A DNA stretch of 64,000 nucleotides from a virus, in the IMG/VR virus record IMGVR_UViG_3300012665_001507; one strand, given 5' to 3'. The position numbers were made by a program, and so were the translations under genes. Below are positions 28,908 to 38,382 of this stretch, piece by piece; position 1 is the stretch's first letter; every line of letters starts with the position of its first letter. The notes under the pieces were generated by a model that searched no databases, had not been told where the DNA came from, and saw only the letters and a list, made by a program, of their open reading frames with translations.

Positions 28908-29831
28908 TTAGATTGTTGTTATATTATTGAATGTTTTGTTGAAATCGATACTAGCTCTTTCTTCTCTAACCTCGAACAATGGTTTACCTGTAAATTTATC
29001 TTTAATTTCATACAAGTTGTATTGTTTGTAAATGTCATTGTTAAAGTTGTAGATAGTGTAAATACCGTCTTCAAGACTTTTTGTTTGATTACCAAACAAC
29101 GCAAATGCAAGTGTTTCAACATCATGTTGAACCATTTCAACCTCAATCATGATTGGATTGAAGTACGTGTTTGTGATTATCACCTGTTGGTTTGGTTGAC
29201 CAATAAATGGCAACGCATTAGGTTTAACATTTGATGCAGAAGCTGGTGACACAGTACAAAATGTAAGTGTTGAGTTATCGTTAAACCTGTAACGAATAGC
29301 TTTTTGATTTGAGTTAGTAAGGTTTTGATTTACTGGTTCAGCTCTATTATTAGATGTAATAACTCTAAAAAAATTATTTAACTTTGCATCAGCGGCTGTT
29401 GTGTTAGTGTTTAAGTATTCAACTCTGTAACCAACTAAACCATCATTTTCAAATCTATTTAAAAATTGTGCTGGGATGTTTGACATATCAAAAACTAACC
29501 CTTTAATATCTGGGTATGCTGATAAAACACCAACATCAACAATACTTGTTCTAATTTCAATCGGTTTGATTATTATAGTGTAAAAACCTTTCGCACCAAA
29601 TGTTGCCACTGGTAATTTAAGAGTGTACATACCACCAAAAACTTCAAAACCAGTCACGTTTGATTGGCTTTTATTTGGGTTATCTATTTTAATTAAAACC
29701 TGTGTTGGGTCTAATTTAGTTAATGTTGTATCACCAATAGTATCTCTAGATGGGGTAAAATGATAAAAAATCTCTACATCATCTGGTGAAATATCTGCTG
29801 GTCTTACTATTCCGTATGTTCCTGTTGCCAT
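28908..29831 (-). CDS. Putative virion structural protein
   Basis: 307 aa, beta-rich, inside the baseplate cluster. Confidence 0.6.
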   Translation of the reverse strand: MATGTYGIVRPADISPDDVEIFYHFTPSRDTIGDTTLTKLDPTQVLIKIDNPNKSQSNVTGFEVFGGMYTLKLPVATFGAKGFYTIIIKPIEIRTSIVDVGVLSAYPDIKGLVFDMSNIPAQFLNRFENDGLVGYRVEYLNTNTTAADAKLNNFFRVITSNNRAEPVNQNLTNSNQKAIRYRFNDNSTLTFCTVSPASASNVKPNALPFIGQPNQQVIITNTYFNPIMIEVEMVQHDVETLAFALFGNQTKSLEDGIYTIYNFNNDIYKQYNLYEIKDKFTGKPLFEVREERASIDFNKTFNNITTI

Positions 29832-29880
29832 TCTTTTTGTTTTTATTTAATATAATCTTTTTTTTAAAAAAGTATAATTT

Positions 29881-30753
29881 TTATTGTTTATTTATTTTAT
29901 AAAATCCGTTTCCATATCTTGTTAATTCAGAAATATTACCAATTTCTGAAAGTCTTAGATGCATATCTAGCACACTAGTAGCACCTCTATCTATAAATAC
30001 ATCGCTTTGTACTTCTGGTGGAGAAATTATACCAAATAAATATTCTTCTTTGGTTAAAGCCGATAACGATACATTTGTTTCGTTCCAACCCTCACCAATA
30101 AATCTAAATGAAGTTATTGGTATTATCGTGTCAACACCGTTAATCATTAAGGTTGTTGTGCCACTGTAATCTTTATATTGGATACCAGTTGTTTGTGTGT
30201 TTGTACCTAAATTAACGTTATTTTCCGTATCAAAAACATAAATCTTAGGTTCACCCATTGATTTAATTCTATCAACACCCATTACGGTTAAATTATTATA
30301 ATTCACATACGTTTCTGTTGCCGTATTAAAGTTTATTCTAAATTGGTCGGTTGATTTATATGATTTAACATCTTCAATCTTACTATCAGTGTTACCAGTA
30401 ATTGGTAAATTACCAAAAACATAATAATCAGATTCTGTTGAATTTGGTAATCTAAGTGTTATCTTATCCGTACCACCAACATTCGTTAATGTTTGAGGCA
30501 TTGCACCAGTCATAAACGGGAAAGTATAACCTAACGTATTTAGTTTAGAAACCAAAACACCATAATCAACAACGCTATGTGCTTTGTCATTTTTGATAAA
30601 TTCCGAATCGATAAATAACCCCATATCATCAACATTTTGGGTTAATAAAACATTCAAATAAAAAGTAGAAGCAGTAATAGTTCCCCATTTGGCACTACCA
30701 TTACTTCTATCTATACTATCTTCTAGTAATATTTTTCTTTTAATTATCTCCAT
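29881..30753 (-). CDS. Putative virion structural protein
   Basis: Start moved to MEIIKRK at 30753 (TAATG coupling with the upstream stop); C-terminal PEVQSDVFIDRG. Confidence 0.6.
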   Translation of the reverse strand: MEIIKRKILLEDSIDRSNGSAKWGTITASTFYLNVLLTQNVDDMGLFIDSEFIKNDKAHSVVDYGVLVSKLNTLGYTFPFMTGAMPQTLTNVGGTDKITLRLPNSTESDYYVFGNLPITGNTDSKIEDVKSYKSTDQFRINFNTATETYVNYNNLTVMGVDRIKSMGEPKIYVFDTENNVNLGTNTQTTGIQYKDYSGTTTLMINGVDTIIPITSFRFIGEGWNETNVSLSALTKEEYLFGIISPPEVQSDVFIDRGATSVLDMHLRLSEIGNISELTRYGNGFYKINKQ

Positions 30754-31607
30754 TAGGTTGCTTTTATTTGATACAATGTAACCTTGCATGTGTTACTATT
30801 GTAAATAACGTTATTAGGGCCACTAATACCTGTGTTACCATGGTATGTGTTATCTATTTCATAATAATACCCTGTAAGTGTTCTAGTCATCTTATATCTT
30901 GTATATAGTTCGTGAACCAACTTATCGATTGGTTGAGCAATATTTTTAACCATAAGATTTACCGATTTACCAGTTTTAGCGTTTTTAAAAGTAGCCCTCA
31001 TGTAGATATATTTTGATTCACCAATATCTAAACTATCTTTGTAATCATATAAATGGAAACCTTCAGCAAAACCTCTAGGGTTAAGCAAAGGATTTTCCAC
31101 AACAAAATTTACTGGAATTTGAGAAACATCTACTGGTTGGCCAGGTATTCCATTTGTTGCTGAAATTGGTAAATAATCGGTTGAGTTTAAATTAGCGTAA
31201 AGCGTTAAAAACGTAACTAGTTTTTGTGTCAAAGGATTATCACTATCGTAAAAAGATAGGTTCAAAAATGTTTGCTTAAAACTATTTTTTCTAAATTTTA
31301 TATCATCGTTATCAAACCCAATAAGACCATAATAATCAACATAATTATTTGACGCATTAAATAATTTAATATCATAAATTATCTTATCAACATGATTATT
31401 TTGTAAATCCAAAGGTAAAAACCTAACCCTATCATAATCCAATATTGGGTTAATTGCGTTTTCTATTTCAGTTTGAACAAAAACTCGTTCAATAAGTTCA
31501 GCATTGTCTACAGTTTGAAAATCCATGTCAATAGGAAAACTAATAGTAGTAGCAGTTGCACCACTAGGTAGTGTTGATAGGTTTATTTGGAATTTATTAA
31601 CAAACAT
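30753..31607 (-). CDS. Putative virion structural protein
   Basis: 284 aa in a coupled operon of baseplate genes. Confidence 0.6.
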   Translation of the reverse strand: MFVNKFQINLSTLPSGATATTISFPIDMDFQTVDNAELIERVFVQTEIENAINPILDYDRVRFLPLDLQNNHVDKIIYDIKLFNASNNYVDYYGLIGFDNDDIKFRKNSFKQTFLNLSFYDSDNPLTQKLVTFLTLYANLNSTDYLPISATNGIPGQPVDVSQIPVNFVVENPLLNPRGFAEGFHLYDYKDSLDIGESKYIYMRATFKNAKTGKSVNLMVKNIAQPIDKLVHELYTRYKMTRTLTGYYYEIDNTYHGNTGISGPNNVIYNSNTCKVTLYQIKAT

Positions 31608-33408
31608 CTGGATTGGCTGTATTAACTGTAAATTTATCTGTTATTCTTTCACCAACTGGGTCAGCTGGAAATTTACCATAGTAAAGATTCCATAACGCAA
31701 ATTGGTCTTGTCTTCTCAAATGAAAACAATGGTTTTGATACATATAGTGGCTACCATTCAAGAATGGATAATCCAAAGGTTTTTCATCCGTTTGATTAAA
31801 GCCGATATCTAATAAGTCTCTCCATAAATATCTACCATCACCCATATTTACAGCATAATCTGGTATACCTTCAGTAAATTCATCACCTTCTTCAATGTAA
31901 TTAGAAAACTCCCTAATTTTAATTTGATGATGTGCTTGGTAGTGGTAACCTTCTTGTCTAGGACCCAAATTTGTTTGAGCATATGTTGGTTGTCCATTAA
32001 CATCTGTTGGTGTGGTTAAAACATAATTTATACTAGCTGGTGTTTCTCTACTTACAGTATTAAATCTGTGAGAAACCGTAGCTAAAATTACTTCGTTTAA
32101 TGTTGTTATATTATATTCAACCAAATCACCATAATAATCTATGTTATTTGGTAAATTGTTGTTATTGGTTATATTAACATTATCTTCTAAAGCTTTATGT
32201 GTTGGAAAAGGCAAAGCACCCCCATTGTGAATTTTATTAATCGCTGGAATATCTTGTAAATAAGTGTTTATATTGCTGCTATTTAAACGATTCATAAAAG
32301 GTGTTTCAATACCAGAACTTACTTTAGTAAATAATTGATTGCTGTCGGTTTTAATCATCGTCAAATAAATTTCACTAAGAGGTCTACCCAAATTATCCGT
32401 TAAATCACTAACATCAATATCTTCGTTAAAAACATATTGAATGATTTGGTCGTTAAAGAAATTTTCACTAAAACCAACTTGGTAAGTTTCATAATCATCT
32501 GTTTCAATAACAGCTGTAGCTCTTGTTTTAATCTTTCTGAATTTTCTAAAATAATATTCTGATTCAACACCATTTACTATTTTTTTTATTCTAGAAAGGT
32601 TATTTATTGTTCCAGTATTTGGAACATCAATAACAAAATAATAATCTTTGTAATCACCGTTGCTTAAACCTAATGTCACAACTTCATGGTCACCATTGTA
32701 ACCATTGGTACCTGTAATTCTAACCGTATCTCCAATAGATAAATTATGGTGACATGGCATACCAATAGCCGTCATGTTTTTGGTTGAAACTTCCGTTGTT
32801 TGAGTTTCTACTATTAACAAACCACCATTAACCATTTTGTGTGTTTTATCACTAAGTTTTGGGTATGTCACCACCAACTCCCAATTTTTAACTGGTTGTA
32901 TTGTAGGTGCATGATATGGTGATACATCTGGTAAAAAAGAAAAACGTTCTCTTTTTGGTTCCATATCATAATAAATACATAAAGCAGCTTTTGTAACATC
33001 TGGGTCAAAATGACCAAACCAACCGTCTCTTTCTTTTAAATAATATTTAATTGCTTTGGCATAAGTGAAATCACCATCATCGTTTACGTCACCATCGTGT
33101 GGGTATGACCAATCCAAAAAATCTAATTTGTTGTACCCAGCCCATGTATATTTATCCAATAACAATGGGTCAGTTAAATTAAATAATGGGTTACTAATTA
33201 AAGGGTTTATAGTACCGATTAAACGATAATATTTGCTTCTTTGTCTTTCAGTATTAAACCTATCCGCAACGTTAACAATTCTATCAATTTCATTGGTTGG
33301 TAATAATCGTTCACTGCCCTCAATATTTATCTTTAAAAAAGTGTCTGTATTGGTAGCTAATTGGGATTTTTCACTATTAAGTCTTTGTTTTGTTCTATCT
33401 GTATTCAT
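31597..33408 (-). CDS. Putative baseplate/tail structural protein
   Basis: Likely start MNTDRTK at 33408, 2 nt after the upstream stop; long ORF in the baseplate cluster. Confidence 0.6.
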   Translation of the reverse strand: MNTDRTKQRLNSEKSQLATNTDTFLKINIEGSERLLPTNEIDRIVNVADRFNTERQRSKYYRLIGTINPLISNPLFNLTDPLLLDKYTWAGYNKLDFLDWSYPHDGDVNDDGDFTYAKAIKYYLKERDGWFGHFDPDVTKAALCIYYDMEPKRERFSFLPDVSPYHAPTIQPVKNWELVVTYPKLSDKTHKMVNGGLLIVETQTTEVSTKNMTAIGMPCHHNLSIGDTVRITGTNGYNGDHEVVTLGLSNGDYKDYYFVIDVPNTGTINNLSRIKKIVNGVESEYYFRKFRKIKTRATAVIETDDYETYQVGFSENFFNDQIIQYVFNEDIDVSDLTDNLGRPLSEIYLTMIKTDSNQLFTKVSSGIETPFMNRLNSSNINTYLQDIPAINKIHNGGALPFPTHKALEDNVNITNNNNLPNNIDYYGDLVEYNITTLNEVILATVSHRFNTVSRETPASINYVLTTPTDVNGQPTYAQTNLGPRQEGYHYQAHHQIKIREFSNYIEEGDEFTEGIPDYAVNMGDGRYLWRDLLDIGFNQTDEKPLDYPFLNGSHYMYQNHCFHLRRQDQFALWNLYYGKFPADPVGERITDKFTVNTANPDVC

Positions 33409-33410
33409 TC

Positions 33411-36400
33411 TTATCCGTTTACTACTATTGTACAACCAACACTATCGGTTATTGTCGATGACAATATTACTGATTGTGGGAAGTTATAAACATTATTAGG
33501 GTTACCATTGTAAATTTGGTAAGGTGCTGCTGTATATGATGTACCAACACCGCCAGACGCATTTAGTATCTTTTTAATATATGTTTGTCCATTGAATTGA
33601 TAAGGCACACCTTGAATAGCCCACGCACCTTGTAATTGAGCTGTTGGAAGTGCAATATTAATATTGAGTGTATTTGATGTACATAAAACATTATCACTAA
33701 CTGTTACAGTAACAATACATGAGGATGCTGGTAAACCACCTGGTTGAGGGACGTTACCAATTATTTCTTGTTGGTTACCGTTTATTACCGTGTATTGTGG
33801 ATTACTAGTCACTTGACCCAACGCATTTATACCTTTAACAGTATAAGTTACAGCATAAGGTGCTCTAGCAGTAGACCCCACCACCAAATGACTAATATTA
33901 AATTTAAACTTAACTTGGTTTGGTACACATTGTTTAGTATTATCAACACCTGTTGCATTTATAGCCAATGCGGTTATTGGTAACCTAATTTCATCAGCAC
34001 TTATATAAACTTCTTCACTAAAACATGTTTTAGCTGCGTTAGTCATTCTGAAAATTATTTCTTCTACGAATGCTGTTGCTGGGAATGTCATAGCCAATGG
34101 TGTTGTTGCATTTACATAACCATTTGCTGTTGTTGGTTGCCATAATGGTGAACCATCAGCCGCTTGTTGTTGGTCGACAGCATAATCTAAATAAACCGTT
34201 GAACCAGCTGTATAAGGGCTAGTAACAAATAAATTAATATGATAATTGTTAGGGTCACATTGTTTTAATAATACTTGTGGTTGGTCTTTATCAATTTCCA
34301 TAAATGGACTCATATAAGACAATACACTAGTTGAGAAAACGTGCGTACCCATAGCATCAACTACTTCTGTTGTATACGTACCAGCTGATAAACCATTCAT
34401 ATTTAAAGCACTACCAACATAACCATTAGGTGATGTAGTATTGGCTGAATATGGTTGTGTTCCACCAGAAACTGCGATATTAATAACGCCAGTAGTTTGA
34501 CCGTAACATAAAATTTGTGTAACTGTAGGTGTTAGAGTAATTGGTGATGCACCATTTACCACTAAATTAAGTAAATAAACTGTTTCAATACCGTCAGTTA
34601 CTTTCATGGTATAACCATGTCCAGTAAATAATGGAGCGAAGGTTGTATTCACACCAGTATCAACAGCTAAACCTTGAATCACGTAAGGCACTGAAGTTAT
34701 TTGGGTTGGGCCACTAGCGACAGCACCATTACTGTTGTAAAGTGTAGCTGTATAAGTTGAGCCAGCCCCACTAAGAATATATGAAATAGTTATCTCACCA
34801 TTTGCTGCTGCTGCTGTTGTACAATCTTGACTAACATAAGCATCAGCTGATAATGGTGGTGGACCAGTTATAGTAAAAGTTTGTGTTATTGGTGAACCAA
34901 AAACATCATTACCAGTTATTGTATAAACACCAACAGCTAAGTTAGTTAATGTTCCAGTTGGTTGTGTATTGTTTTGACCAACACTAGTTACGTTTGTATA
35001 ACCATTAGGACCGCTAGTTGTGGCTGTAAATGGTGCATCACCTCCAATAAATGTAAATGTTGCACTACCATTTGTCGAACCAGTAGTTGTAGTTGGTGTA
35101 GTAAATACTTGAAGAATAAATTCTAAATCAGTTTTTGGGAAACATGGTGTAAAGAACCTTTGATTCATAACCTCTAACCCAGTTTTACCAGGAAGTATTC
35201 CAAAATAAAAATAATATGAGTGTTTTGGTTGACCGAAACTATTCTGTCCAACCGCACCGTTACCCATAGAATAATCTCTAAATTTAATATAATCTTGTCC
35301 GTTTTGAGTAGGACTGGTAAAATCATAATTACCTAAATTATTTAAGTTAAAATTACTAGTATATGGTAAAGTTAAGTTCCACGAGTTTGTTGTTGAATTA
35401 AGACCTAAGAAAACATCCCTAAATAATTTTGGTCTATCCGCATCGTCTGTATCTAAATCCTTTAAACCAATCGCACCATCAGTTTCTTCACCAACACCAC
35501 GATACTCATCGATTTCAACACCAAATTCACATAAATGTCTAAGGTTCATACATTGTCTTGAATTTACATGTAAACCTAAACAATTTATACTAAAGAATAA
35601 ACCAACAGTATTACCGTCAACATCACATTGACCAGTTGTTAATACTGTTGCGTTATCTGGTGCAACTTCTTGATTTGCTGGCGGTATTTTATATGTTGTA
35701 GGTATCAAGTATTCTTGCACTTTTGGCACACCTTGCCAATCACAACTAAATACAGCACCTAGGTTTATTATATCAGTCGCAAATATTTTAAAACCAGCGT
35801 TGTGTGTTGATGCAGCATAAAAGAATTCATTGTTTTTCTTTTTAATAAGACCTTCTCTAAGTGAAACGCTTTCGTTTGAATATTGTTGGTCTTTACCACT
35901 CCCTTGGAAACATGTATCTAACAAATGACTAGTTCTACAATCATTATCTGGTATACCATTTTTGTTACCATCAACAGTCGTACTATCGGTTGCATCTTGG
36001 AAACTGTTACAATCATATTCACAAAATCTTTCTGATTTTTTACGCTTAACTTTATATTTTAACAAGAAAGCATATAATGAACCATTTATCCAATCGTTGT
36101 AAAAATCAAATTCAAACAAATTCATTCTTTGTGCCATCTGGAAAGCAATACAGTCATCCAGTCCACATAAGTCACCAAAACCACCATGCCCAAAATTATC
36201 ACCATCATAATATGTTGGTTCATTACCTTGGTCAACCAAAGAGTCAAAAGATGCACCACCATCTAAACCACCTCGTTTACAACCAGGAGCATAAACTGCT
36301 GGGTTTTCATCAGCTGGACATTTAACAAAAACACATGGTATATATTTTATCTCGTCTAGAATTAGGGCACATGTAAAACCTAAGAAGCCAAAAATCCTAA

Positions 36401-37961
36401 CACCTAATATTCTTCTACCACTAGCCCTACATAAAGGTCTCATTAACGAGTTCCATGCTCTAATTAAAATATTCACAATCCTTAAAACTAAGTTAATTAA
36501 AGGAATCAACATTACATTCATTATGTAAATTAAAAAACCAATAATTTTAATAATTAAACAAATAATAAAGAAAATAGGTGATGTTTGCGTTGCTACCCTA
36601 TTAAATGGGAACGGTGTTTTATCACCAGCACATGCGTCAACATCTTTAACACCCATCATATTTCTAGTGTGTGAACCACCACCGTTTAATGGCGTAATTT
36701 GTTGAAATCTGGAAATGAAATTACTTACAGAATATATCTTATTCCAATAAAGATTCCTAAAACTAGTTTTTTTGGTTTTTTCACCAAACTCATAATCAAT
36801 TTCATTTTGGTTATTTGGGTTATGTGGAACTAAATATTTAGCTCTAGTTCTAAGCCTACCTTCATTACCTGTTTGGTCCATTCCAATTTTGAAACGAACA
36901 CTTGCTCTAGTAGGAACCCCTTTATTTGGGTCATCAGAAAGCACTAGGTTACCAAATTCATCGGTAACCATATAATCTAAGTTCATAGGTATTTGATAAG
37001 CCCATGCACCGTTTTCGTCAATAACTCTACCACCTTCAACGTCAAATTTTTCGATAGTACCATCTAGTGTTTCTCTAATCATTTCAATAGTGCCTTCGTT
37101 AGCTACTTGGTCGCAAAGATTACCCATATCTCTTCTAGGCATACATCTTTTATTGACACTGTTCTTGTCTTGGTCACCGAATATACTACCCATAAAGATA
37201 GCTGCTGGTCTAATTACATAATTCAAATCAACATCAACTCTAGTAATACCAATCTCACAGGTATCAACATCACCCCAAAATGGTTGGACATTAACACCAG
37301 CGTTTGATGACTTTACTTGAATTAATTTATCTAAATTGGTATCACCCTTGAATTTTGTTGGTGATTCAAAGAATTTCAATGGTGTTCCTTGACTGATACT
37401 ATCATAAGGTCTTTGAGAAGCAATACCGATATCTGAAATATCTGCATCAACGTGCAAAGTATATGTACCAACTGGTACACCAAAAATCATAAAGTCACCA
37501 GCATAATTGGTTGTAGTTGTAAATTTATAATATTTACAATATATTTCCAACATTTCTGGGTTATCCAATATTTCTCTTTTATTTGGGAAAGTACCAACTG
37601 GTGTAAAACAAGTATTATCGGTTTCAGAAGTTTTAGGCAGTAAATTGTATCTGATACCATCACTATCTTTATCTGTAATAATTTCATAAGGGTATAACCC
37701 CTTAATTTGTGGGTCGTTTATGTCTACATCGTCAATAGGTATGAAAATACTAACTCTAGCATTTGGTACACCAAAGCCACTGTTAATTATTACTCTACCA
37801 GTAACCACACCATAATCAGAACAAAAATTTCTGTACGCATCTTCTTGAGAAATCTTTAAGGAAAGAACCTCAATAAAATCAAAATCTTGTTCTAGTTTTA
37901 CTTTTAAATATTTGTCGGTACCATTAGGTGTAGTCCTAATTCTAACAGTGTTGTTAGGCAT
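33411..37961 (-). CDS. Large structural protein with internal hydrophobic segment, Cys-rich core and SprB-like repeats
   Basis: IFFIICLIIKIIGFLIYIMNVMLIPLINLVLRIVNILI; ILCYGQTTGVINIAVSGGTQPY...LSAGTYTTEVVDAMG matches the SprB repeat pattern. Confidence 0.65.
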   Translation of the reverse strand: MPNNTVRIRTTPNGTDKYLKVKLEQDFDFIEVLSLKISQEDAYRNFCSDYGVVTGRVIINSGFGVPNARVSIFIPIDDVDINDPQIKGLYPYEIITDKDSDGIRYNLLPKTSETDNTCFTPVGTFPNKREILDNPEMLEIYCKYYKFTTTTNYAGDFMIFGVPVGTYTLHVDADISDIGIASQRPYDSISQGTPLKFFESPTKFKGDTNLDKLIQVKSSNAGVNVQPFWGDVDTCEIGITRVDVDLNYVIRPAAIFMGSIFGDQDKNSVNKRCMPRRDMGNLCDQVANEGTIEMIRETLDGTIEKFDVEGGRVIDENGAWAYQIPMNLDYMVTDEFGNLVLSDDPNKGVPTRASVRFKIGMDQTGNEGRLRTRAKYLVPHNPNNQNEIDYEFGEKTKKTSFRNLYWNKIYSVSNFISRFQQITPLNGGGSHTRNMMGVKDVDACAGDKTPFPFNRVATQTSPIFFIICLIIKIIGFLIYIMNVMLIPLINLVLRIVNILIRAWNSLMRPLCRASGRRILGVRIFGFLGFTCALILDEIKYIPCVFVKCPADENPAVYAPGCKRGGLDGGASFDSLVDQGNEPTYYDGDNFGHGGFGDLCGLDDCIAFQMAQRMNLFEFDFYNDWINGSLYAFLLKYKVKRKKSERFCEYDCNSFQDATDSTTVDGNKNGIPDNDCRTSHLLDTCFQGSGKDQQYSNESVSLREGLIKKKNNEFFYAASTHNAGFKIFATDIINLGAVFSCDWQGVPKVQEYLIPTTYKIPPANQEVAPDNATVLTTGQCDVDGNTVGLFFSINCLGLHVNSRQCMNLRHLCEFGVEIDEYRGVGEETDGAIGLKDLDTDDADRPKLFRDVFLGLNSTTNSWNLTLPYTSNFNLNNLGNYDFTSPTQNGQDYIKFRDYSMGNGAVGQNSFGQPKHSYYFYFGILPGKTGLEVMNQRFFTPCFPKTDLEFILQVFTTPTTTTGSTNGSATFTFIGGDAPFTATTSGPNGYTNVTSVGQNNTQPTGTLTNLAVGVYTITGNDVFGSPITQTFTITGPPPLSADAYVSQDCTTAAAANGEITISYILSGAGSTYTATLYNSNGAVASGPTQITSVPYVIQGLAVDTGVNTTFAPLFTGHGYTMKVTDGIETVYLLNLVVNGASPITLTPTVTQILCYGQTTGVINIAVSGGTQPYSANTTSPNGYVGSALNMNGLSAGTYTTEVVDAMGTHVFSTSVLSYMSPFMEIDKDQPQVLLKQCDPNNYHINLFVTSPYTAGSTVYLDYAVDQQQAADGSPLWQPTTANGYVNATTPLAMTFPATAFVEEIIFRMTNAAKTCFSEEVYISADEIRLPITALAINATGVDNTKQCVPNQVKFKFNISHLVVGSTARAPYAVTYTVKGINALGQVTSNPQYTVINGNQQEIIGNVPQPGGLPASSCIVTVTVSDNVLCTSNTLNINIALPTAQLQGAWAIQGVPYQFNGQTYIKKILNASGGVGTSYTAAPYQIYNGNPNNVYNFPQSVILSSTITDSVGCTIVVNG

Positions 37962-37968
37962 ATTTTAA

Positions 37969-38319
37969 TTATTTGCTTTTATTCGTTATATCTTCTACGT
38001 TAAGCATGATTACATCATCTTCAGTTAACTCATCATCGTCATCATCGTCATCATCTTCTTCTTCATCGTCTTTTGTAAAAAATTTATTTGCTTTTACAAA
38101 CTTATTAATTACAAGTCTTAAATCAATATCTTTATTTAATACTATAGTATCAAACATAAACCATACTATCACCAACATAATAATCGGTAACAATAGCATT
38201 CCAACCAAAAAACCTAGGGTTTTTGCTAGATATTTAATTATTGTGGCGGTTAGTCCTTCATTTTGTGTTAAAACGTTATACTGTTGAGGTCCATCAGTAT
38301 TCTTACAATTACATCCCAT
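37969..38319 (-). CDS. Small membrane protein (MGCNCK start, one TM, acidic tail)
   Basis: TM LGFLVGMLLLPIIMLVIVWFMF; DDEEEDDDDDDDD tract. Confidence 0.75.
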   Translation of the reverse strand: MGCNCKNTDGPQQYNVLTQNEGLTATIIKYLAKTLGFLVGMLLLPIIMLVIVWFMFDTIVLNKDIDLRLVINKFVKANKFFTKDDEEEDDDDDDDDELTEDDVIMLNVEDITNKSK

Positions 38320-38382
38320 TTTTATATTTTTTTATTTTGTTATCATCAAATATAGTGATTCCATAGATATAAGGAAACCCTA

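Noticed and set aside
37969-38319. MGCNCK as a eukaryotic acylation signal implying a giant virus
   Set aside because: Sigma70, bacterial promoters, peptidoglycan enzymes and a myovirus baseplate indicate a bacteriophage.
38347-38354. TATATTTG -7 box upstream of the small membrane protein
   Set aside because: No TTG at the 20-nt spacing and no CG extension; too weak to list.
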